64,000 bases of DNA from Chiloscyllium plagiosum (lineage: Eukaryota), in assembly GCF_004010195.1 (NCBI RefSeq), contig NC_057719.1:50262302-50326301 (forward strand), in the 5' to 3' direction. The notes beneath the pieces are model-generated. The model did no database searches. It was not told the DNA's origin and saw only the letters and a program-made list of their open reading frames with translations. This document shows positions 38,471 to 51,390 of the stretch, piece by piece. Position 1 is the first letter of the stretch. The number at the start of each line of letters is the position of its first letter. A program made the translations under genes and the position numbers.

Positions 38471-38895
38471 GTCATAGAGATGTACAGCACGGAAACAGAC
38501 CCTTCGGTCCAACTTGTCCATGGTGACCAGATATCCCAACCTAATCGAGTCCCATTTGCCAGCACTTGATCCATATCCCTCTAAACCCTTCCTATTCATA
38601 TACCCATCCAGATGCCTCTTAAATGTTACAATTGTACCAGCCTCCACCACTTCCTCTGGCAGCTCATTCCATACACGTACCACCCTCTATGTGAAAAGGT
38701 TGTCCTTTTATATCTTTCCCCTCTCACCCTAAACCTATGCCCTCTAGTTCTGGAGTCCCCCACCCCAGGGAAAAGACTTTGTCTATTTATCCTATCCATG
38801 CCCCTCATAATTTTATAAACTTCTGAGGTCACTCCTCAGCCTTCGATGCTCCAGGGAAAGCAGCACCAGCCTATTCAGCCTCTCCCTATAGCTCT
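38471..38895 (-). mobile_element. CR1 3' end, young
   Basis: EVYKIMRGMDRINRQSLFP, VRVWNELPEEVVEAGT; tail gtcatagagatgtacagcac. Confidence 0.92.
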
Positions 38896-38909
38896 GATAG
38901 AGCAAATTG

Positions 38910-39250
38910 ATAACACTCCCATCAGAAAGTTGTAAGTTCAAGTTCTGTTCCAGAAAAGTGAGTGCAAACATCAAGGCTATTTCTGCAGTGGAATATTGAG
39001 GGAGTGCTGCACTGTTGAAGGTGCTAGTGTTTAGCTAAACAAACATTTCTTTCTCTGTCATGTGAATTTGAACATGGACCAAGAGATATTTTTTAAAGAG
39101 ATTAGATCAGCAGAGAGAGTATTCTAATTAATATTTATCTCTTACTTACTATCCTTAAAAGCAGGTCATCGGGCCACTAACATATTACCGCACATGGAAA
39201 TTTGCCACACGCAAGTTGGTTGCTGCTCTTCCTGTATTGAAACAGCGTTC
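38910..39250 (+). mobile_element. Ancient Deu-domain SINE (SacSINE1-like)
   Basis: tcagaaagttgtaagttcaagt, attgagggagtgctgcactgttgaaggtgc, ttggttgctgctcttcctgtatt. Confidence 0.55.
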
Positions 39251-39312
39251 ACACGATGGGATGTGCTCAGATCATGGGAAGTGTGAGAGTCAACTTATTG
39301 CTGAAATCACTG

Positions 39313-39828
39313 TGTATAGGAGTTGGAATATCATGTTAAGGTTGTACAGGACGTTGGTGAGGCCGTTTTTGGACTACTGTGTATACTCTGGTTGCCCTGT
39401 TATTAGAAAGAGTATTATTACATTGGAGGGGGCTCAGATAAGATTTACCAGGATGTTGCCTGGTCTGGAGGGTTTGAGTTATAAGGGTAGGCTGGGATTT
39501 TTTTTATTGGAGTGTAGGAGGTTGAGTGGTTACCTTATAAAGGTTTATAAAATCATGAGGGACGGAGATAATGTGACCAGCAAAGGTCTTTTCCCTAAGA
39601 TGAGTGAGTTCAAAACTAGGAGGTATATTTTGTAAGGTGAGAGGAGAAAGATTTAAAAGGGACCTGAGGGGCAACTTTCTCACACGCACGCTGGTTTGTA
39701 TGTGAAATGACTTGCCAGAGGAAGTGGTAGTGCTGTACAGTAAGAACATTTAAATAATTTTTAGGCCAACCACAGGCAAATGTGGTTAGTTTAGTTTGGG
39801 AAATTTGGTCGACTTGGATGAGTTGGAT
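39313..39828 (+). mobile_element. CR1 3' part
   Basis: [23 protein letters not shown]...RFTRMLPGLEGLSY (ORF 39216). Confidence 0.88.
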
Positions 39829-39833
39829 TATAA

Positions 39834-40169
39834 TAGAATCCCTACAGTGTGGAAACAGACCATTTGGCCCAACAAATCCACACCGACCTTCCAAAGAGTA
39901 ACCCACCCAGACCTATTCCTCTACCCTCTTATTCTACATTTCCCCCTGACTAATGGCACCTAACCTACACATCTCTGAACACTATGGCCAATTCACCTAA
40001 CCTGCACATCTTTGGATTGTGGGAGGAAACTGGAGCACCTGGAGTAAACCCACGCACATACATGGAGAATGTGCAAACTCCACACAGACCGTTGCCTAAG
40101 GCTGGAATTAAACCTGGGTCCTTGGCGCTGAGAGGCAGCAACACTAACTACTGAGCCACTGTGTCGCCC
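39834..40169 (-). mobile_element. HE1 V-SINE, full length
   Basis: Head (ctgagccactgtgtcgccc), V-domain and tail all present. Confidence 0.9.
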
Positions 40170-40174
40170 ATGTT

Positions 40175-42720
40175 TCTCAAACCCCTTCTTGAAACATTGT
40201 GTTCTGGGTTCAATGACCTCCTGTAGTAGAGAATTACATGTGCTCACTACTGAGTGAAGAAATTTCTTCTCATCTCAGTCCAAATTGGTCTACCCTGTAC
40301 CTTTTAGATTATGATTCCTGGTTCTGGATTCCTTCGTCATCGGGAAATTCCTTCCTGCGTGTACTATTCTTCTTAGAATTTTAGAGATTTCCCTCATGCT
40401 TCTAAACTCCAGTGAGTGTAGTAACTGATTCAGTCCCTGTTTATATATCATCCCAGCAGTCAGCCTGGTAAATCTTTACTGCAGTCACTCCATTGCCAGA
40501 ACATCCATTCTCAGATAAGGAGACTAAAACTGCACACAGTGTTCAAGGTGTGGTCTCACCAATGTCCTATACAGTTGCAGCAAGACATCCTTGCTCCAAT
40601 GCTCAAATCATTTCACTGTGAAGGCCAAATATCTTTGCATTCTTCACTGCCTGCTGCACCTTCCTGCTTACTTGGAGTGAATGGTATACAAGTATACCAA
40701 GCTCTTGCTGTACCTCAATTCCAGTCTGTTTCCATTCATAAACCAATCTGCCTTTTGTATAGAGGCATGGACTATTTTTTAAGTGGGGAGAAAATTCAGA
40801 AATCTAAAATGCAAAGGGACTTGGTGCTACTCCAGGTTTCTGTTAAGGGAAAGTTGCAGGTTGAGTTGGTAGTTAGGAAGGCAAATACAGTGTTGTCATC
40901 TCGAGAGGGCTAGAATTTAAAAGTAAGGATGTACTTCTGAGGCTTTATAAGCCTCTGGTCAGACCACTTTTAAAGTATTGTGAGCAATTTTGAACCCCAA
41001 TCCTCAGGAAAGATATATTGCCCAGGAACAGGTCCAGAAGAGGTTCATGGGAATGATCCCAGAAGAGAAAGGCTTAACACATGAAGAAGGTTTGAGGACT
41101 TCGGGACGACATTCAATGGTGACATCTCATTAAAACTTAGAGAATACTGAATGGCCTGGACAGAGTAGACATTGGGAAGGTGCTTCCATTGGCAGGAATG
41201 ACAAGGACCCGAGGGCACAGCCTTTCAACCGGAGAGAAGGAAAAACGTATTTAGCCAGAGAGTAGTGATTCTATGAAATTCCTTGTAACAGAAGGCTGTG
41301 GAGGCCAGGTCATTGAGTATATTTGAAACAGATAGGTTCTTGATTGCAAAGGTAATCAAAGGTTATGGGGACAAAGCAGGAAAATGGGGTTGAAAAACCT
41401 CAACCATGATTGAATGGTAGAGCAGACTCGCTGGCCTGATGGCCTGATTTCATGCCCCATGTCTTTTGGTCTTATTCTGTTTATGTTACTAATGTGAATA
41501 ATCTCAGATTTATCTGCATTGTACTTAATCTGTCATGCAGGTAAACTTAATGTCGCTATAGTTCAGAGGGCCTCAGGGCTGTGCTCTCATTAGAGAGACA
41601 TAGCCAACTGGAGGTGAGTTTAACCTGGTGATCACCACACCTCGGACAAGGGGCAAGGTTGAGAAGACGACAAGACCATCATTGTGACCTCAGACATTAT
41701 GGGAATTGAACCTGCACTGTCAATATCACTCTGCATCATAAACTCGTCATTCAGACAACTGAGATAATCAACACCCCAGTCTGCTGTAAATTTGCCCACT
41801 CACTCAACTTGTCCAAATCACACAAACATAACAACAGGAGGAGATCATTCACCCCTTGAGCCTATTCCGCCATTTAGTCCGATCATGCCTGTTCTCAGGC
41901 CTAACTCCATATACTTGCCTTTGTCTCTTATCCCTTAATATCTTTGCTTAACAAAAACTTATCTGTCTCAGGTTTAAAATTAACAACGATGTAGCATCAA
42001 CTGCCGTTTGTGTATGGAAGTGCTTCCTGACTTTTCTGCTGAAAAGTCTGGTCCTAATTTTTAAATTATGTCCCCAGTTCTCGAATCCCCAATGAGTAGA
42101 AATATTTTATCTTGATCTACCCTGTTCTTTCTTATTGATATCTAGGAGATTTTAATCAGATTACTCCATAACCTTCTAAACTTAAAAAATAAAAACCACA
42201 TTTTTATAATCCCTCTTCACAAGATTGTTCTTGTAAACTGACATTGTACTTCCTCCAAAGTCAGTATGACCTTCCTAAGGTGTGGTGTTCAGCTCTGCCC
42301 TCAGTCCTCCAAGTGGGTCCATCCTCCTTACAGTTCACCCTCCCACCCAGCTTTTCATTGCTACAAACTTGGTAAAATAGCATTGAGTTCCCTCATCTAA
42401 ATCATTACTATCTATTGTGAATACTTGGAGTTCAAGCACAGATCCATGCAGCACCCCCCTATTGATTGGCTGCCATTCAGAAAATGACCTGTTTGTTTTT
42501 ACTCTTTGTTTCCTGCCTGTCAACCAGTTCTCTGTCTGTATCCCTACATTGTCCCCAATCCCACGTGCCTTAATTTTACATGTCAATCTCTTTTATGTGA
42601 GCTCTTAATAAAAGCCTTCTGAAAGTCCGTTTAAATCATATTGATTAGTTCCCTCTGACCAACCCTACTAGTTACATCCTTGAAAAGTTTCAGTAAGTTT
42701 TGCCAGACTAATAGCTTGAA
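40175..42720. mobile_element. Cluster of older CR1 fragments in both orientations (- 40175-40740, + 40760-41475, - 41780-42720)
   Basis: ENWLTGRKQRV...GVLHGSVLELQVFTIDSNDLDEG (42335-42586); EKIQKSKMQRDL...VVRKAN (ORF 40539). Confidence 0.75.
41540..41776 (-). mobile_element. tRNA-derived SINE, family C
   Basis: gggaattgaacc (box B, reverse complement), caactgagataatc (head), tttaacctggtgatcaccacacctc; matches 48700-48905 and 56950-57115. Confidence 0.7.
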
Positions 42721-43380
42721 TGGGCAGGTTCTCTTAAAATGTTTGACAGATAATGTTTATGTCTATGAGTTTAGAAGAATCAAAAGAAGTTTTGATCAAA
42801 ACCTATCATATTCTGAGAAGTCTTGACAGTGTAGATTCTCTTTCAGAGAATCTTGAATTAGGGGTCTTTTTAAAAATGAGAAGTTGCCTATTTAAAACAA
42901 AGATGAGGCAAACCGTTTCCTCAGACAACTCTGAACTTTTAGGTCTCTCTTCCTGAGGTGATGATGAGAGTAGAGCCTTTGCAGTTTTTTGCGAGGTCAA
43001 AAGTGAATAGATTCTGGACAACCAAGGGACGGTAATCACTATTTACAACTCCTTCCTATCTTTTACTCTCTTTTATAATACTAGTCTGATAAAACCCCCA
43101 ATTAAAATTCAACTTTTCAAAAATCAGCCAGACGTCGAATCTTCTTTTTTTCTTCTTAGGGATTTCTGTTTCATAGATTACTGATTGATAAAGGTACCAA
43201 CCATTAAGAGAGCTATTTTTCCGTCAGTATCTACATGCTAGTTGTGTGGCAGTTCTCCTCCCAACTGTTCAATTTTCCCTGGTCTTATACCCCCCCCCCC
43301 GCCCCCCGATTGTGTCATTGGCTTTTAAGATTGCCAGTATATTTTTCTATTCAGACCACTTGCCCTGTCAGGTAGCTTTG

Positions 43381-43665
43381 CAAGGGACCTGGGTTCGATT
43401 CCAGCCTCTGGTGACTACCTGTGTGGAGTTTGCACGTTCTCCTGTGTCTGTGTGGGTTTCCTCCGGGTCCTCCAGTTTCCTCCCACAATCCAAAGATGTA
43501 CAGGTTAGGTGAATTGGCTGTGCTAAATTGCCCATAGTGTAGATTATTAGTCAGGGTAAATATAGGTTAGGGGAATGTGTCTTGGTGGGTTGCTCTTTGG
43601 AGGGTCGATGTGGACTTGTTGGGTTGAAGGGTCTGTATGGATTATGATTCTAATTCTAATTCTAA
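43381..43665 (+). mobile_element. HE1 V-SINE (box A region lost), (attcta)n tail
   Basis: gggttcgattcc box B; tgtgtggagtttgcacgttctcc V-domain. Confidence 0.88.
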
Positions 43666-43905
43666 CCATGTTACCTAAAGTAAAGAACTGGAAGGCTAAC
43701 TGAATAAATTCAGTTATATAGAATAATGTCAAGCTGCGTAGATGTGATTGTCATTTACTATTAGGACAGAAAAAAATTCATGTTTGTCTTCCATATTTTT
43801 TCCAATCTTTAACACCTGGCACCATAAAGGCATCACCAAAATCGAAGCTTTGTGATTTATATGGGGTGTTTAGTTTTGTTTCAAAATTATTTCTATTGTC
43901 TGCAG

Positions 43906-43996
43906 ATTGGCGCATCAGTGGAAGTGAAAGGGTCTGATGGTTCTTACCAAGAAGCTGCCATTAATAAACTGACAGATGCCAGCTGGTATACTGTGG
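43906..43996 (+). CDS. ARID4A: ARID4A coding exon (91 nt, ends phase 1): [30 protein letters not shown]
   Basis: ttctattgtctgcag| ... |gtgagt. [10 protein letters not shown] is a Tudor-region motif of the ARID4 family. Confidence 0.95.
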
Positions 43997-44489
43997 GTGA
44001 GTGAACTGTGTTATTTATTTTCTCAAAACTAAATTCAGTCCGATTTTGAAAATCTGGATTATTTCTCTCTGACCTGCCCTTGCAAGCTCCTCATCTTGGG
44101 CAGTCTAAACAAGTGTATAAGAGACCATGCTACCATTGACTAATGTCATACACTGTGGTTTTTAACACTGCATGATCTCTGCACTAGCAATAAGCAGGTT
44201 CAAATCTTGCTGTAGGACCTCTGTAATTTTGTATATTTCAGTCCAATAAAATGTGGAGAAGTGTTAATATTTAAATTTAGAAAAGACTGACTGATAAGTG
44301 CTCTATTATCAAAAATTAAGTCCTTGTGTATTACAAACTTTATAACTAAAATTTTTAATGCCCCTGTTATACTATGTTTTAAGTGTTTATAGTCTTATGT
44401 AAATTATCAGACAGGTTATAATCTCACCTATCATGTTCCTGAGGCTGAAATGTATTAGTTGACCAATCAAGACCCACTATCTAAATCCC

Positions 44490-44985
44490 ACAGGAGTTTC
44501 ATGGAATATTGTCCACTTGCCTGGATGGGTGTAGCTCAAAAAACACTCGAAGCTTGACACCATCCAGGACAAAAGCTCATTTGAATAACACCTAATCCAC
44601 CGCCTTCAACCTTCACTTCTTTCACCACCATGTATTTACTATCTGTAAGATGCAATGCAATATCTCTTCAAGGCTACTTTGACAGCACCTTCCAAACGTG
44701 TGATTTCTATCACCTAAAAGAGGAAAAGCTGACGATATATAGGAAATACAAGTTTCACTCAAAGATACATACTATTATGACTTGGAATTGTATCACCACC
44801 CCTTCATTATTGCTGGGTCAACATCCTGAAACTCCCTTCCTAACAGCACTGTGGATTGTCCTACATTCCAAGGGTGGCAGTGGTTAAGAAGGTAGCTCAC
44901 CGCGACTATCTCGACAACTGTTAGGAGTAGGAAATGAATACTGGGTGACTATAAACGCACACATTTCATGAACGCATTAAAAAGC
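44490..44985 (+). mobile_element. LINE family B 3' end
   Basis: agcttgacaccatccaggacaaa, gacagcaccttccaaac, ttgctgggtcaacatcctgaaactcccttcctaacagcactgtgg. Confidence 0.7.
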
Positions 44986-45689
44986 GAATATACTACTGTG
45001 ATCTACTCCTGAAGATCTCTCAATACTGGTTGCCAAATCTGTGTGAGTGATTGGTGAGTTTTTGTTTCACAGTTAGAAAGGAACCAAATATGACGGCAAC
45101 TGATGGACTTCAACAATTTTGAGTATTTGAGACAGACCATGCACAATGTTTGGAGGTTCAAAGATTTTGAGGAATTGAATTATCCCACACAGCATTTTTG
45201 CAATTTCAATTACTTTTCATGATTCCACATTCTGAATGTTTTACACGTGCAACACAGGAAAAGAAAATTGCAACTTTTCGAAATTGAAATGTCAGAGAAA
45301 CCTGACAGTGGAAATAAGTCAGATTCAATTTGGACTTGTGATGCAGTCTGGAAAAGGGATTTGACACCAGTCAATTTAGCTTTGTAATCGTGCAGGTTGA
45401 TTAGAAGGACCTTAAAAAGGCTAAACAAAGCCACTACAACTATTTGAGGTCTTGTGGTTCCATTCAACCCTCATCTGTGCTTTGTGGCATGGCTTGAAAA
45501 AACACACAGGGGAGCAACAGTGCAACGGATTTGCAATCTGCGAGTCCTGAAAATCTTAGAATCAGAAATGAAGAATAGCAAGCAATGCAAATACTCAGAT
45601 CTGTAATATATTGAAATCTTTCAGTGGAGGAAACGGGGAACCCTAATATGTTGTAAATAAAATTTGCATTCAGGAATTGAGTACAGTGA

Positions 45690-46160
45690 ATAATCTCTCC
45701 AAATTCAAATGTTCAAAACAAGAATGGGAACTTTGCGTTAGTTGACCAATCAAGACCCACTATTAAGAGGTCTGTAGTCACCTTCAGTCACTTCATGACC
45801 TTCCTTCCATCATACAGTCAGAAGTGGGGATATTCACTGATTTGGAGAAAGTAAGGGCTGCAGATGCTGGAGGTCAGATTTAAGAGGGTGGTGGTGGAAA
45901 AGCACAGCCAGTCAGGCAGTATCTGAGAAGCAGGAGAATCAACGTTTCAGGCATAAGCAGAATATACTATCAAAATTTTATAATTTGTATACTTCAGACT
46001 TACTTGAAGATGATCAGAAACAAGTGAAAAAATTATGGACTATGTTAGAAGATGAAATACATGTGACAGTTAATTTCGGGACACATCAGTTGGATTTTGT
46101 TACATCTACAGGTAGCGACCACAAGAATCAATTGACACACGTCAGTCACTGCTGGACATT
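45690..46160 (+). mobile_element. Gypsy-type gag remnant interrupted by LINE and PLE scraps
   Basis: Frameshifted SKFK.FK.R.EL..VDQ (~45695-45755) and TSDLLEDDQKQVKKLWTMLEDEIHVTVNF...RPQESID (45985-46136) resemble retrotransposon gag. Recognised from memory. Confidence 0.45.
45844..45958 (-). mobile_element. Older PLE family A terminal fragment
   Basis: ggagaaagtaagggctgcagatgctggag...ggaaaagcacagc...caggagaatcaacgtttcaggcataagc. Confidence 0.8.
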
Positions 46161-46854
46161 TAAGATCTGACTTTATAGATCACAATTATTTGAAGATATA
46201 TTGGCCCAGATATTCTGATGGCCAGAGAATCATTGGATCAGTGTACACTGAAATTATCTTTCCCACCCTGACTTTTTTCGCTGCTGAATTCTTGAATTCC
46301 TGGACAGTTTCAGAGGTGATGGCAGGATTGGTGAATGGCGGAGGTGGAGTTAGATCAGGATGTATTCACTGGAATATTGCAGGAAGGAGGATCTCAGAAA
46401 ACCATATAATTGTAACAGGATTAGATAAGGGTCCTTAAACTACCAGGAATTGTAGTTGGAGAATAAAGGGTAAAAGTTTTAGGATTTGGGTGAGAACAAG
46501 CGTTCTTTGCCCAGATTGTGTGGAATTCACTACCACATCGTGGTTAAGGCCAAAACATTTGCTTCGATAAAGGAGGTAGGTACAGTACTTATGGCAGGAT
46601 AAGGGTATTGAGCTTGATGATCTACCATCATCATATTGAATGACAGCAGGCTTGAGGGAAGTTGAATTGCTTACTTCTGCTCCTGTCTTCTATAATAAAG
46701 AACCAAGAGTAAGAAAATAATTGGTAGGAGTGCATAAAATAAAAAAGTCCATGAAACAGTAAAATAATCTTCACTATTCAATTTTAACAAAATAAATGCA
46801 ACTGATAATGGTCAATAGGTGTTATGAATAGATGAAATAATGATTCTAAAACAT

Positions 46855-47590
46855 GTCTGTATGGATTTCAGCAAAATGAGCAACATACTTCCTCATAGTA
46901 GACTGCTCAGTAAGATTAGATCACATGGGAGAGCTAGCCAATCAGATGCAAAATTGGCTCGGAAGTAGAAGACCGAGAGGGTGGTGGTGCTTTTTGGACT
47001 GGGCGCCTGTGACCAGTGGTGTGCCATGAGGATCAACGCTGGGTCCACTGTTTTTCATCATTTATCTAAATGATTTGGATGTGAATATAGAAGTTATTGT
47101 TTCTAAATTCACAGGTGATGACATCAAAATTTGGTCAAGGTGGTTATCTCGGTACAATGGGACGTTGAGTGGCAGATGCAGTTTAATTTGGGTAAATGTG
47201 AGGTGTTGCATTTTGGTAAGGCAAACCAGAAAAAGATTTATATCCTTAATGGTAAGGCCCTAGGCAGTGTTGTTGAACAAAGAGACCTAGGGATACAAGT
47301 GCATATTTTCTTGAAAGTGATGTCAGGGGAGACAGGGTGGTGAAGAAGGCATTTGGCACTCTTGCCTTCATTGGTCAGAACATTGAATACAGGAGTTAGG
47401 AGGTCATGTTGCGGCTTTACAGGACATTGGTGAGACCACTTTTAGAATACTGCGTACAATTCTGGTCACCGTTCTGTAGGAAGGATGTTGTTAAATTTTA
47501 GAAGGTGCAGAATAGATTTAGAAAGATGTTGCCAGGACTGGAAAGTTTGAGCAAGAGGGAAAGGCTGAATCGGCTAGGATTTTTTTTTCC
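46855..47590 (+). mobile_element. CR1 RT fragment
   Basis: MDFSK (atggatttcagcaaa), WQMQFNLGKCEVLHFGKAN (ORF 47131), [10 protein letters not shown]. Confidence 0.88.
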
Positions 47591-48539
47591 CCAGACCAAG
47601 AATTGCCAAGTGTCACCATATGGCAAAACATTTGAGATCTCCATTTGACAGTATTAATCGGATAAACCAAGATTTTGTTTTTGAAGGCTGGCTTTTATCA
47701 CGTGGAGGCAATAAATGGTATTACATAAAAAATTGACATCAACTCAAGGAGATGTCTAATTATGTAAAAGCTAACAATTCTTTCATAGATAGAAATCACG
47801 CAGTGAGAGAATCTAAAATAGTTTTAGAAGATTATAATGAAGGCAGCTAGTGTACTGTCATTGTGCAATAAAGCAACACGCCAGTGACTCAAGACCACTG
47901 AGATAATAGTTACAGATATCCAAGAAATTAGCGAGACTAAACTGGTTGTAGTAGCAAACCACTGTCATTTCAGAGAGTTTTAAACTCTCAATATACCAAA
48001 GTTTTGACATAATGAAAGTGGTGTGTATGGCATTATTTGCCATACACTCCAAGTGTAAGATTACAAGTGTGTAATCTTATGAAGAGAGTTATTGCAGTGT
48101 ATCTGTAAGTAGGTTATGTCCTCAATCATCAGACAGGATATGATGTCATGTCACCTGACACAGTTGGAATGTGTTTGTTGACCAAGCAACATGTTGCTGG
48201 AGTTTTTAAATGAGTACATATATGTACTGCAGCAATCTTCAATAAAGAAGTCATAGTGCAGTTTTACTTGGCCTACTTGAGTGGTAAATTTGAGTTTGTA
48301 GAATAGAAGAAAACCCAGCAACCCCTCCCATTTGGTTGAGTTTGGCAGGGCATTGTGGGGAAGGCAAAGATTCTGTGACAGAAAAATATTTCTTAATTTA
48401 AAAGTTCTAAATGTAATTGTCAGCTGACAGGATGAATATTCTGAGAATGAGGTCAAATGAGCCAATTAATAATTGATTTAATTAGTTGGCTTGTGAATAA
48501 TATAGATAGCCGTAGCTCATTGGAGAATATATATGGGCT

Positions 48540-49370
48540 AGTTGGATAGACTGATTAGTGGGAAATGGAGTTCAAACTCTGTATCGATGTATGGTGATGC
48601 ATTTGGCCAAGGCAAACAAGGCAAGTAATACATGTTAAATGATAGAACCCTAGGAGTAAGGATTGATGCTGCAACTATAAAAGAAAATGTTGTTATAATC
48701 CTACCCGTCCACAGGGTTGCTCTGTCGTGAGAGGGATAGGACTGATGGTGGTTTAACCTGATGGTCATTACGATTCAGTTAAGGGAAATGGTTAAGGAGG
48801 AGAGTCCTTTATAACAATCTCAGCAGGTGTGGGAATTGAAACCATGCTGTTCATGTTTTTCTGTATTGCAAACCAACATTCTCAGCAACTGAGCTAACTG
48901 ACCCTTGCTAGAACCCTGCAATGGAAATGTACCAAGGTGTTCCCTGGCCTGGTGAATTTTGGTTATGCAAAAAGATTAGGTAGACTCGGGTTATTTTCCT
49001 TGGAGCAGAGGATGGTCATGATTGAGGTGTATAAAATTATGAGGGGCAGAGACGGAGGAGACAGGAAGGAAAATGTTTGCTTCAACATCTTCACCTGACA
49101 TAGATTTAAGATACGGGGCAGGTTCAGAGGAGAAATGAGGAAATACCTTTTTGCTGTGAGTGGGTGGGATCTGAAACTCGCTTCTTGTAAGGATGGTAGA
49201 AATAGAGACCCTCATAATATTTAAGAACTATTTTGATGTACAGTTGAGAAGCAAAGGCATACCAGGCTATGGGTCAAGGGCTGCAATATCATGGTAGAAT
49301 GGTTAGATGGTTGTTTTTGACCTGCAAGACTGGGTCGAAAACCCCTTTCCATGCTGTAAACCTCTGATTC
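48540..49370 (+). mobile_element. Old CR1 3' part containing a family C SINE (-, ~48700-48905)
   Basis: attgaggtgtataaaattatgagggg; end ctgtaaacctctgattct; SINE box B reverse complement gggaattgaaacc. Confidence 0.65.
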
Positions 49371-49374
49371 TGTG

Positions 49375-49580
49375 CAGGAAACAGTCAGATCTGGCAGCAC
49401 CTGTTCAGAGAGAAATAGTTCAGTTTCCAGATCAATAGCCCTTCAAAGTTCTGATGAAAGGTCATTAACTTGAATCATGAACACTCTTTCCCTCTCCATT
49501 GATGCTTCTGAAATGGCTACGTTTCTTTGAATAATTCAGGTTTTTATTTCAGACTTCCAGCATCTACAGTATTTTGGTTT
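49375..49580. mobile_element. Ancient PLE-type fold-back remnant
   Basis: ttctgatgaaaggtca core remnant and tail ttccagcatctacagtattttg similar to family A. Confidence 0.5.
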
Positions 49581-50019
49581 TGTTCCAGTTAGTTTTGTTT
49601 TCCTTTCTCTCTTGCACCTAGTCGCATATGCGGCAGCCAGTGCTTACGCAATGAGATTTATCTGGAACAGATGACATCCTAACTTTGAAAGCTGTAACTT
49701 GAGCGGGACCATTATGAACCAAGCACGGCTGACCAGGACATGCTTCAATTCTTACTGTGATGGGTATATTGGAAGGAATTGCTAATTGACCTATTTGACC
49801 CTTTATGTATATGCTTCCTTGACAATCAAGTCCTGGACTAACTGGGATTTCTGCCTCAGAAGGATGGACTTTACCATAATACCACAAGTCATTGAGAGTT
49901 TAATTAGTTTCTTTTAAATTATTTTCATGGGCAGCTAATATCACTTCAATGCAAGTCCAGCATTTATTGCCAATCCTTTGTTCTGAATGGCTATTTCAAA
50001 TCACCATGAAAAGACTACC

Positions 50020-50207
50020 TAGGAGAAAGTGAAGACTGCAGATACTGGAGATCAGACTCCAAGAGTGTGGTGCTGGAAAAGCACAGTCAGTCAGGTAGCG
50101 TCCGCGGACCAGGCAAAACCACATTTCAAGCATAAATCTGAATGATTCTCCAGCTCCCTGGATGTTGCCTAACTGGCTGTGCTTTTCCAGTCCCACACAC
50201 TTCAACA
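50020..50207. mobile_element. PLE family A fold-back (tail on the left), inserted in a family B SINE (-, ~49920-50465)
   Basis: Arms gtgtggtgctggaaaagcacagtcag / ctggctgtgcttttccagtcccacac; 14-bp TSD atgaaaagactacc / atgaaaagaccacc (50006-50019, 50208-50221). Confidence 0.82.
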
Positions 50208-50769
50208 ATGAAAAGACCACCACATTGTTGTGGTCTAGAGTCAAATGTAGGCCAGATCAGATGAGGATAACAGATTCGTTTCCCTAAAGGGCATTAGTAA
50301 AATAGCTGGGATTATTGTGACAATTGGTGAAGGGTTCTTATGATCACCTGCACTCAAACAATTTTTACATTCCAATTTTATTCACTGAATTCAAATTCAA
50401 CCAGCTGTCATTTTAGGCTTTGGTGCCAAACCCTGGAACCTTAGTCTGGGCCACTGGACTACTATTAACCTACTCCTTTATTCAATTTCTTAATTTGCAT
50501 CTTTCAATCCAAAGTTACAATTTACCTTTGCGATATGGTGTAACTTAAGATAGTATTATTCGTCTTTTGTGGCAAGCTGCAGTCCTTGACCAAAGCGTCT
50601 TAAATGACGGAGATATGCAGCATGTTTGAAACCTTTCCGTAACCATTTTTATTATTGTGTTGATGCCAAATGCAAATAGTAAAAGACTGTGTAAAATGGA
50701 TTGTAATTAATCTCGTGGCATGTTGTCAGCACCACTACTGCTGGAAAGTGTACTTTTACATGGATGAAG

Positions 50770-51390
50770 GGTATTAATAAGATCAGGGAACCGTAAGGGC
50801 AGATCGATTAGCCATAAGAATCTGCAGGACCTTAATGAGACTGCATTTGGAACACTGTGCAGAGTTTTGGTCTCCCTATTTGAAAAAGGATAAAATTTCA
50901 TTCATAGCATTTAAAGAAGGTTCTCTGGAATCATTCCTGGGATTGAGGGCTTATATGAAGAAAGGTTGAACAAGTAGAACCTTTTACTCCTTACAATTTA
51001 GAGTGAGAATTGCTGTATTGAAACATGTAAAGATCTTGAATGAGCTTGGTAGGGTAGATACTGAGAGATTATTTCCTGTTGGGGAGATTAAAATTGTGGG
51101 TATAGTTTATTAATAAGAGGTCTCCCTTTTAAGACTGCGATAAGGATTTGTTTTTTTCCCTGAATGTCATTAGTGTATGGAATTTTCTTTCCCAGAAAAC
51201 AATGGAGAATGTACCACTGAATTTATTTAAGCTGGTTTGAGGTAGTTTTGATAGGCAAGTATTATTTAGGGGGACATGCAACAGGCAAATGGAGTTGAGA
51301 CCACAATCTAATTAGGTATAATCATGTTGAATGGCAGAGCAGGCTTGAAAAGCTGTTTGGCCTACCGTTGCACTTAAGTCCTTCTGTTCT
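50770..51390 (+). mobile_element. Old CR1 3' part
   Basis: catttggaacactgtgcagagttttggtctcc (HLEHCAEFWSP); 3' end ttgaatggcagagcaggcttgaa. Confidence 0.65.
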
